A DNA stretch of 64,000 nt from Perna viridis. Its lineage: Eukaryota. Made by a program: the position numbers and the translations under genes. Numbering within the stretch: the stretch's first letter is position 1; each line of letters begins with the position of its first letter. Below are positions 12,501 through 24,500 of the stretch, piece after piece. The notes under the pieces are model-generated. The model worked only from the letters and a program-made list of their open reading frames with translations, did no database searches and was not told the DNA's origin. The stretch covers positions 30,070,001 through 30,134,000 of the forward strand of contig CM074514.1 in assembly GCA_037379345.1 (NCBI GenBank), in the 5' to 3' direction.

Positions 12501-15500
12501 AAATATAAATGTAGGTATCCTTTACGCCACAAACCTTTTCTCTAATTGTTTGAATTACACCATAATTGGGAAATTATTTGCATCATTCTACATGTACAGG
12601 TATTATGCATAATTTTATGTACTTTGAAAGCAGTAGTTCAGATATTGCTGCAGTGATGAACAGACATAACTCCAATAAAGAATTTTTTTATCGTGAAATT
12701 TAACCAGTGCAGGAATGGTGATCTAATTTTACTTTTTTATGTGTATTAACTTTGTAATTGGATATATATGTACCTAGAAATCAAATTAATTGTTAAATGA
12801 CTCACTGCACAAGTTTATATACTTCTTGTTCCCAACCTGGGTGGAAGAGGGGGGGGTTGTTATAATTTTTCTTCAAAACCTTCAGTATTTTACCATACTT
12901 CAGTATGCGCAAATGACTTCCTTTTTGTAGAATTGGGTGGCGCAATCAATACAAAGGCTCAAATAAGTTATGGCACAATCAATACAAGGGCTCAAATAAG
13001 TTATGGCGCAAACGATACAAGGGCTCAAATAAGTTATGGCGCAATCAATACAAGGGCTCAAATAAGTTGTGGTGCAAAAGGATACTGGGTCAAAGAAATA
13101 TCAACCAAATTATCTATAGTTTATTGTGTTTCATTTCAGTGGATAGTTCTTACTTTACAATTAGATATGGTGACTTAGAAGTAAACACCATTCTTGATAG
13201 AGAGAACAGATCATCTTATATGGTTACTGTTGTAGCTACAGATTCCGCTGGACATCGGGTAAGTATGGTGCAACCTGCTTATACCAAATCTTTTGTGGAC
13301 AGAATTTATTCTCCCACTCATTGACGATTGTGTGGTATATTAAAATCACCTTGTCCACCTGTCCTTCCATCCAAATTTTGTCACATTTATCTTAACTCCC
13401 AATGGAAGGATTTCTTTCAAATTTGGTGTATGGCTTCATGTAGATAGGGGATATGTTTTAAGCAATTTAGTTGTTGTCTGATATCAATTTTTTGTAGTAG
13501 TGGGGGATGCCTAGCAAGTTTCTAATTTATTGGAGGTTCAGCATAGACAAGTATTGCTGTACATATTTCATTGGAATGTGTTATTGTATTATCATCCATA
13601 TTTTTTCCTCACAAAAGCCTATTTTTGATAGTAGGTTCTGCTACTTGATATCTGTATGGAGTGGTTATTAAGTCTTGAATTATTTTTTTTATTTTTGGGG
13701 CCAGTTTGGTAGGATGTAGCTTTGTTTCATTAACATTGGGGATGAAGGATGTTTTTTAGTAGGTATGAACCAGTAAATCCTATTTTTTGTCATTATGAGC
13801 GAGTGATTTTGATATGCATGCATACCTTAAACATCAGGTAGTAATAAAATTTCCAGTTATTAATCAAATTTCTGTCATTGCATATTTAATTAGTTTTGTG
13901 GAGAAATAATTTAACCACTAAAAATTTATTGAAACTTGCATTTAAAACAGAAGTTCTTGTCTAGTTGAAATTTAAAATCAACTTGAATTTTTTAAATGTA
14001 GGGTACAACGAAGGTCAACATAACAGTGTTAGATATTAATGACAACCCACCAATGTTTTCCAGAAATTCCTACACATTTACCCATGTAGAAGGTATGTGT
14101 TGATTAAATACAGTCAAACTTTGCTTGCTCAAACTCAAATGGTTCCAACACTGTTTTTTTCTCCTATATAATCAATGCTTATATCCTTGGATTTTTTTTA
14201 ATTAAATCACTGGTCAGGATGGTAATAAATCTTAGAGAATAACCCCCACTGAGTCAAACTCATCAGCCATTTTATCAGCTTGAGTAAAAAAAGAGTGAAA
14301 AAATAAAGCTGTATACCGGTAATTAATTTAAGAGTCATTTAAGGCAATTACAGGTAATTTTTATGTCATCACTAATAAATTAGTTAGAAAAACTTCTGAT
14401 CACTCATACACAACTAAATGTTCCCTTGGACTTTAAGCTTCCGAGGTTTATAGCAAGCCATTGTGGAATTTATTCCCCATTTATTAATGTTGATAAATAT
14501 TTAGTAATATGTCAATGAATATTTATCAACATGTGCTCACATATTAGGATAATCTTACTTTATTCTTTGTTGTGTATGTCTGTTTTCCATGTCTGGTCTT
14601 TGTCCTTGGATTACATTCTTTTGATTACCGCTATAAACTTGGTTCCCTTGATTACTCTTTGATTACAGCTATAACCTTGGTTCCCTTGATTACTCTTTGA
14701 TTACCACTATAACCTTGGTTCCCTTGGTTACTCTTTCACACCACTAGATCTATACTGCTGCTGGTGGATTTTGTCCCCAAAGGTATCATTAACCCAGTAA
14801 TACAATTTTAATATTTATGGTTTTAACGAGAGGAATGAAAGAAAAACTGGCTCGGATGCCGGTCCCAGTATGAAAAGGTCTGAACCTGACAACAGATCGG
14901 ACACACTGTTGTCTTGTAAGACTGGTGTCCCCAGATGGGAATCATAGCACATGCACATCTGATATGGATAGTGGCTTGACAATTCCAACAAAAATTACCC
15001 AACTGCACATTCAGTCTGAAGACCATCTATTCCAATGCAAAAATTCTGACTATTTTAAAATAATCAAACCATGTTCCAACACTTTAATTGATATATTTGA
15101 CTACAACGATGACGAACCACATTGTACCATATCAAAATGTGGTATTAAAAATTGCAAAACATTTAACATTCTTATAACTGACTCTTACTTTTCTACTTCC
15201 CTTACGAACAAAGCCTTTCATACAAGAAGTCAGGATGACTTAAGTTGCATATCAACAAACTTAATAAATGGATTAGAATGCAACTCATGTGGTCTAGTAT
15301 ATGTCGGTGTAACACTAGAACAATTAAATAAACAAATGGGCGGTCATGGTTTGGGAAGTAATTCCACCAATTCCCAACAATTTAACAGTTCATCAAAAGC
15401 ATTTTAATCGACAAGATCATTCCATCCTCTCTTTGAAAGTTTGTATTCTAGAAAAAAAATTACCATCCAAGAACAGTCTTGTTCTAAGTAAAAACTATCG

Positions 15501-18500
15501 TAGGGAAAGAGAGGAGTACTGGATACGCAGAATAGGTACTGCAATACCTTATAAATGCAATGACAACATCAAAAGTATTGGAAACCTTTCAAGCCTATAT
15601 AACAATTGCATAAATGTGATGACTTTATTTGACAAAAATCCAAGACTGGAAAGGAGTCATGGCCATCTCCACTATACGCCACCTAACTTACATGACCTTG
15701 CCATAGATGGTCTCCTTCCTTTCATACAAAAACCTTATGGATTTCATCATATTCGAAACAAACTCTATTCTATACCTCTCTTATCTACTACACTCCATAT
15801 TCCTTTCTAGCTGATCTCGTCTGAGAGAACGAATATCGTTTAGCTAGATCCTTTAATCTCAGTTTCCACTATAAAGATGACATATTATCGTTAAACAATC
15901 CTAATTTCTGGGATTTGATACATCGCATCTACCCCCAAAGAACTCGAGATAAAGGATAATACAGACACTGTGAAGTCAGCCTCATATCTTGACCTACACT
16001 TGGAAATTGATGGTAAGGGAAAACTATTAACCAAACCTGTACCTGTACTATACACAAAAACAGTTTCCTCTTTTTTGGCTTTAAATATTACTAAATGTAT
16101 CTTTTTATCTCTGAAATCAGGTCTCAATGGTAATTTGATGGATTTAAAGAATTATGATCTTTACCTTTTTACAATTAGTTTTCTCCATCTTGATTGCAAA
16201 TTTAAAATTCTTTGACCAGGTTCAATAGCACTAATTTACATAACATGAAGTTTTTTTTCATTTCAATGTCAGGACCAACTAGTAAAGGATTCAAAATGAA
16301 ACTACATACTACTGATCCTGATTTAGGAGAAAATGGAACTAATGTGTTCAAACTGATGAATTATGGTGGATTATTTAATATAACAACATTACCAAATAAC
16401 ACTGTAGGTAACTAAAGTGAAATAGGGTTTGTAAGTCTTGTTTCATTTTCCTTATTCGAATTTCCCATGTGGAACATATTGAAATACAAAAATTAATCTG
16501 CATTTCATTGTAAACTTAAAGGATCTTGAAATGCTGCATTGATCTAGAAATAGATATTTGTCATTTTTTATTGGTAGTTTCACCATAAAAGAAGTTTTGC
16601 CTAAAAAATACTTGACTCAACACTCTGTAAATGATAAATTTCCATGCATCTGATTGGTAAATCAGCTAGGACCCATTCTTATGAAACCCCGGAGTCACAT
16701 GAAAAGATTTACATACTCTTTCAATTTTTTTAATTCAAATTAATGAAAACAGTTACCACTACTATATTGTTCAATACCAATGTTTAATGAAATACTGTAA
16801 ATATATTAATTTTCACTGTATTCTGATATCTGCAATTTTCCCAGTGGGCAGAAATGCATGAAAAACAATACCAACGATTTAGCTTTTTTTACACTTTTAT
16901 ATAGCACTAATCATTTTTTGAAAAGGTTAAAATTGATACCCACAAATATGTTCAATTGACAGAATCTGTGAAAATTAATACTTTCACAGTACCTTAACTA
17001 TCTTATTAAATACCATTGTTAATGACTCTTTATTGTTTAATATCAATCTTAACTACCATGAAATAGTTCTTATTGAAATTAGGATCTTTGAGCTTTTTGG
17101 TACGGAGATTTTTCTATATGCTATCAATTTATTTTTTTTTTTTTTGAAAATTTGCAGGGTGTAATAACTGTGTTAAAGGAGTTAGACAGAGAATCTCTGA
17201 GTGTACTGAAAGAGAATGGTACAGCTGTCTACAATCTCAATATCCAAGCTGTAGATACAGGAAAGCCAAGTCTTTCAGCAACCACACTGGTTAGTAAAAG
17301 TATTGAAAGTTTTCCACACTTTTTTTTTTGTAATGCTTTTACCAAATAAGTTTGTTTTTGGTATGTGGCCTTATTATGAATAGTTACACATTAAGTTCCA
17401 CTTTGGTTACGGTTGAATGATTTTCACGGAAGTTATGGCCTTTGGACATAGAAAATTTCAGTGAATTTGAAGGTTTCCGCACTTTTTTTCGTGGGGGACA
17501 TTCTTATATCTCTATTTTTGTTCCCCTGCTTTTAAGAAGAGTAGGGGAGTATAGAATTCGGCTTTCTGTCCATCCATCAGAAAATTGGTTTCTATAACTT
17601 TGAATGCTGTCATAGACTTTCATCAAACTTACGCAGTTGATGGGTTATGAGTTAAGGAAGACACCTATTGATTTTGGGTCAGTAGATGAAAGGTCAAGGT
17701 CACATTTCAGTGTTTTAGCTAGCGCTCGCCATTTTCGCCATTGGCGAATGATTTTCGAAAGTGGCGAATTTTTCTCGTGCACGATTCGTCACTTGATAAA
17801 AAAGCCTCTGATGTTCCCATGACCCCACAATTGACAACTTTATTACTTTTCCCAAGCCAATTAGGGTTTAACAATAAACAATCATGACTACAATCAAACA
17901 ATGAATTGATTGCATCACCTTTGATCACACCTTGCTTGATCACCTGTTTGAGGCTAATTATCCCGACAAACAAATTAATTAATGGTAATGATTTGTTTGT
18001 TGAGCGCTGTGACGCGTTCTCAAAGTGTCATTGTATGTATTTAAAATGGAAAGATGTTTGGATTTTTCAATCACAGTTCCAATCGCAACTATGTCTGCCA
18101 TTACGAACTATTTTAGTTCGTCGTCACATGACAACGTACCTGAAGGTCAAAAGTCTAAAAATTAGTCAACTACTACAAGGAGTCGCAGTGATCGACTATT
18201 AAAGTCAAAATTTAAACTAGAGTGGTCAAAGATATTTTGATATGGGCTCCTTTGATTTTAAGAGGGCTTTCACTTTGTGGTGCATGGCTAAGGACAGAAG
18301 GTTTATGCATTACTGATCAAGTAAACAGTGCTTTACATTCTTAGACACATGCCAACAATAGTAGCTGATGTATATAATTTTTAGATTTTTACACACATGA
18401 TATGTATGACACAGTAACAAAGTATTTTTTTGCATTTTTTATTCATGAATAGTTGCTAATGTAGAAACTGTATGTTGTTATATATTTTTTATTAATATGA

Positions 18501-21500
18501 ATTATCTGTTATTTATATACCAGTGCTGACATAGAAATAAACATGTTATTATTTATAATATAGTTGTTATAAGTATATGTATATACATGCATGCTGATAA
18601 ATTTGCGACGCGAAAAGAAAAAACAGTATTGAGATTTAGTCGTACGCAAAAGTGACTAATGGGTTGAAAATCCTGGCTAAATCCCTGCATTCTTGATGAA
18701 AAAGAATTTTTTGGCTGAAAATTGGTTTCCTGGGCATAACTTTTGAATGCTTTCATAGACTTTCATCAAAACATACAATGCAGTCATACATCATTTTTTT
18801 TATTTTAGTAAGCCAGGTAAAGATGTCATACCCTTTGCAACGTCATTACGTGGATCATAATAAGACTTTCTTAATTATTATGACCCATGTAATGAAGTTG
18901 AAAGTTCAGGGTGATGGGCTCAATATTTTCTAAATCTTCTTCCAATATAAAACTGAAACTTTAAGTTTGTGGTACATTTGTTCTAATAAACATTTCTTTT
19001 CATTACTAATATTCCATGAAATGACACTTGTGTTGTGAGGGAGGACCTTGAGCACTGCTCCTGTTTATTGTTTGTCTTTGGCTTCCATAACATGGTTTAC
19101 AGCTGTAGTTAATGTGTATAATGACAATGTTTGGTAGAATGTTTGTCTTGGTTGCAGCTCCGTTTGTGTTAGGTGTAGTGCTGTGTATGATTATGTCAAC
19201 CTTTTTGTTGTTTTTTTTTTTTTTAGGTAACCTTGTCTGTGACAGATATCAATGATTGTAAGCCAGAATTCACCAGGTCATCTTATAATGCTACAGTTCT
19301 AGAGGGTTCACCAAAGGGCTTCTCTATCCTCACTGTTACCACTTCTGATTGTGATTATGAACCAGAGTTCACTGATGTAAACTTCTCTCTGGAAGGACCA
19401 GATTCTGGTATGTGTTTATATTATTGTAAACATCTGTCAACTTACTACGAAGCTAACAAAATAAAATCAGTGTTATGGGCATTTTTTCTGAATGGAAATG
19501 CAATCATGTTTTATTATATGAGGGCTGAATTACAAATGAAATAACAAAGGCAGTACTGTATTTTTGATGAATTAAGAGTTTGTCTTTTTAAAAAGCTGAA
19601 AGAATATGAAGACAGAAACCAGGATGAAGGAAAAGTCCTGGATAAAAAAAATATGCTAGGTCCTAACAAATCATATAATTTCTTTTTCAAGAAAAAACAC
19701 AGTAATAGAAGAAAGAAAATGAAAATAAAATCAAGATGTGAAATTTTTAAAATATAGTGAAACTCAATTTTCGATTCAGTTTACCAAGGTTTTAAATACA
19801 TTTTGATTTAAAAGGATTTAAAAAAGTGTTTGATTTGGACAGGTTTTCAGATTATTCAGGGTTCAGTTTAGACAGGTTTTCAGATAATTCAGGGTTCATT
19901 TAAGACAAGTTTTCAGATAATTCAGGGTTCAGTTTAGACAGGTTTTCAGATAATTCAAGGTTCAGTTTAAACTGATTTTCAGATAATTCAAGGTTCAGTT
20001 TAGACAGGTTTTCAGATAATTCAGGGTTCAGTTTAGACAGGTTTTTGGATTATTCAGGGTTCAGTTAAGACAGGTTTTCAGATAATTCAGGGTTCAGTTA
20101 AGACAAGTTTTGAGATAATTCAAGGTTCAGTTTAGACTGGTTTTCAGATAATTCAAGGTTCAGTTTAGACAGGTTTTTGGATTATTCAGGGTTATGTTTA
20201 GACAGGTTTCATTGTTTATCATTTCATGGTATCTTATATACTAGTAAAACAGTTTAAATTTAATTCATTTTTGTTCTTTTTCAGATGTTTTTGTTATAGA
20301 CAACAGTGGAGAGATACATCTGAATACCAAAATAAGTGTTAAGTCCCGTAAAGCGGAATACAGTCTCACTATTGTCGCAAATGATTCATTGAATAGAAAT
20401 ACAGTGAGTATACCTTGAAATCAAGATCTCAGTAGAAACTCTGTAGTTAAGAAGTAGGAATTTTCTCAACCAATTTTTTTTAGTAGATTTATCATATTAT
20501 CATAATTTTGCCTGTTTTGGTTGTCATTAACTCTGATTTAATTTGTTATTTGTTTTGATGTACTGTAAAAGTTTTTGTCGAGCTCCTTTACAGAGGAACA
20601 TTTGCTATATCAAAGCATGAGCACCTCTGCTACATTTAGTTCTAAACACCAAGTCTTAATGTGAATTTGTATTATACACCAGAAAGAGCTTCACCGATTT
20701 GTAGTGAGTAGTGCTCATGAATTGTGAAAAATTTTAACATCCAGAATAGCAAAGCAAAGAGGCCTGCTAGTGGTCATACACACTTTGGTTAACTACTTGT
20801 GCTGATCTATCTCCTGTTTTGCCCTTGGTGCTATTGACTGAGTATCTCGGGTGGCCAAAATGTGTGGTGCGGATTAAGTTATTTGGTCTCTGGAGAAATT
20901 AGGACTTGTGAGCTTTAAGAAAGTAACTCCATATAAATAGAAAATAAATGCTTACAGTTCAAAGAAAATAACTCCAAGAATGAGCATTGATTTGTACTTA
21001 AATATTTGTAGAAATTTTAAAGGAAGGTTAGATATCATATGTAGATATTCATGAAGGAATACCATTATAGTCTAATGTTCCCAAAGGAGTATTAACCAGC
21101 TGAAATATTTAACTTTTAAGTAATTTAAAGCAGGGGGTATTGTCTTTGTGGGCTTGCTCACAGTAGTTCTAGTTTTATATAAATTACAGGCTCCACTACG
21201 AGTGCATATCACAGATGTCAATGACCATGATCCTCAGTTTACAGAGGTTATCTACAACTTCTCCTCGCCAGAAACAAATAGGACAAGTTATGTGGTAGGC
21301 ATTGTCAGTGCCACAGATGATGACTTGGGTGACAATGGCAATATCACCTATAGTATAATATCAGCTGATGTCAAACAGTTGTTCAGTATTGATCAGGTAA
21401 TTTTTCTTTGTCAGTATGTGCTTGTTAGCCCCCTTCCAATAACTATCGCTGAAGGGGACTTTAGGTTAGACTCTGTCCTTTCATCAGTCCAGCAAATCAG

Positions 21501-24500
21501 TTGTCAGCACTTTTTCTTCATATTCATTGGATCTATGATACATCACTTTACCATGGCAAGTTACAGATCAAGTTTAAGTATTATTACCATCCATTGATTA
21601 TTTTGCTGAATTATGGACCTTGGACTTAGAAATAATCATGCAGTAACTTAGTTTTCTGCATCCGTCATGTATACAGATATTCTGTTAGTATTTACTACGT
21701 CACTTTTCCATGGCAAGTTACTGTTTTAAGTTCAAATTATGTTATGGTCCTTTAATTTTTTTACTACGCTGTGGCACTTGGAAACTAATGTGAACTGCAC
21801 AAGTTTGCATTTACATAAAGTTTGCATTCTGTTCTGGTAAGGGACTTTGTATTGCCATGCAATACCCTTAGAATGCTTGTTTGTTTATGGCATAATTTCG
21901 TAGTGGGATTAGTTTGCTCTTACAAAGGCATATTTGAAAGAAATAGTCATATTAAAATGGTACCCGTCTCACATATCTAAAGATGTTATTTTATTGATGT
22001 TTCAGTATTGTAATGGTCAAAAGCTGTACTATTTTAGTCTTAGACATGCTGTGAAAGTACTTATATTTGTGAGATACCAATTTTCTTGGATTTTGTGGTT
22101 GTTCTCAAACCCCAAAACTAAATTCCTGATGAAATACATATTTTCCATTTATTTGTACTGTTGGAAATGTCAAACCATGAATTTAAGAATCCACAAACCA
22201 ACAATTTGTCTGCAATCCACGAAAATTGATGTCGAGGAATAAAAGAACTTTCACTTAATTTCAAACAGAAAGGGTCAACTTGTAAAATCTCTATATCTCA
22301 GTTTTTTGACAAATTACAGTGTATGCAAAGGTAATGGTTTTGCATGTAAGTAAACAAAACATGATTTTTTTCAATCCAGAATGGCAGTATCAGAACTATT
22401 GGAGCCTTAGACAGAGATGGATGTATCAACAATAGATACCCCTTCACTGTCATAGCTGTAGATGGTGGAGAATCCCAAAGAACTGTAAGATTTTATTAAA
22501 GGGACCAGTTTGAGGTTTCCCGAAGAACTGTAAGGTTTTATCAAAGGGACCAGCTCATGGTTTCCCAAAGAACTATAAGGTTTTATTAAAGTGACCAGTT
22601 TAAGGTTTCCCCGAAGAACTATAAGTTTTATCAAAGGGTCCAGTTCATGGTTTCCCAAAGAACTGTAAGGTTTTATCTGAGGAACCAGTTGAAAGCTTTC
22701 TAAGGAGCTAAATGTTTAAGGTTTTATCAAAGGGACATTTAAGATTTCCCAATGAATTCCAGCGTTTTATCTCAGGGCCAGTATAAGGTTTCCCAAAGAA
22801 CTGTAAGGTTTATAAGGGGGCTTGGTAGATAGTTTGAATTAGATGAGCTTGCCATCCAAATTAATCAAGGAAAGAATTAAGGAATGTTTACATTTTAATT
22901 ATATTGGAAAAAATAATAAACCAATTCATTGGAATTAACTACAAATGAGCAATTCAGGGATAGAAAACTGTCAAGACTTATATGTTTTACATTGTATTAA
23001 TGAAACTTTACCTGTGATACTATTGACTACTAGTTTAATCAGAGCTATTTCAGATTGAGAAGCTAGACCTTTATGAATAAAATTGAATCTTGATATTGGT
23101 AGGAATTTTAAATATTAATTTTTCATGAAGATGTATGAAATTCAGACAGTGCCTGTGGTAGAGGTGATTCATAATGTGAAAAATCCACCAAACAAACGAT
23201 ACTTTTTCTGTCTACATATGCTATATTTATATGTGATGATTGCCCTTTCTGTACTAAGATCTGTATTTTTGATAAAACCATACATTCACCTCCCACTAAA
23301 ATCAACCAAGTCAAACCAAATTGAAAGTGACAGATCTTGCAGAGGGCCATTTTTATACATAATCTATATAATTTTCATCTCGAATATGCAACAACGTTTG
23401 AAGAACTATGACTCAAATAGTTAGCTTGAACAGTTTTTGAATTATAAATAAATGAATTCAGTGGGTTTGTGACATTCCTGGATCACCTCCTGTTTGATTT
23501 TTTATGAAGATTGTTACTTAAAAGAATTTAATCTTATATTTTGTATAGGGGTATACAGAGGTTGTGGTTTACATAACAGATATCAATGACAACTATCCAA
23601 CGTTTTCTCATGCCAACTATTCTGGTACTGTCAAAGAAAATTCTCCAAACGGTACTGGAGTTCTTATTGTAAGTAAATAGATGTGTAAAATAAAGTTTCG
23701 CAAAACCTGTTGTGTACATATTTTTGTATCTTGTGGTTAAGTTTACACATGGAATCCATACAGATGCACTGCTACTTGATATACTGAAGATAAATTTAAT
23801 TCATTCAGTCAGAATATTTATAGGATTGTGAGTTCATTAGTTGCCCAGATTGCACATGTGCAAATCAGCTTAAAATGGCAAATGTCAGTTGTGCGTCAGG
23901 GAAAATATTTGCATAACATTTGGGATGCATTGTCCCACTTCTGCTTTCAATTTACCGACTAGGTGTATTTTTAAAAGACTGCCAAAGTTTTTCGGTGGTA
24001 TAACAGTATGCTGATGACGTCCGTGTTGTCTATTGCACTGTTGTCCATGTAGTCGTCATTGTCCATTGACACTTTGTTGCATGGAATAAATCAAACATCG
24101 GTTGGTTGATCTTTTTAAAATTTTGTAACAAGTTTCCAAACTACAAAAGGAAGGTTGGTATTTATTTTGGTGGTTATGGCCCCAACTGTTTTAGAACCAT
24201 TGGATGAAAAGTGGGCAAAAACAAGAATTTCATAGACTTTAACTTCTTAGGTCCAGTGATAGTATAGGACTGTCTATGATATTGTTTCACAGTATTCTAT
24301 AGACTGGTAATGATTTTGGGGGTGAAAACTTGAACTTTTTTCAGGCCAATAAACAAGCATTTACCTAATGTCTAGACAATTACTTGACTGGATATCTTAG
24401 AAATTGTATTACAAGCTGCCATACCACCAAAGGAAAGGTTGGGTTCAATTTTTGGGGTTAAAACTTGAAACCTTCTAGGAATTATGAGCCAAAAAGGCAT

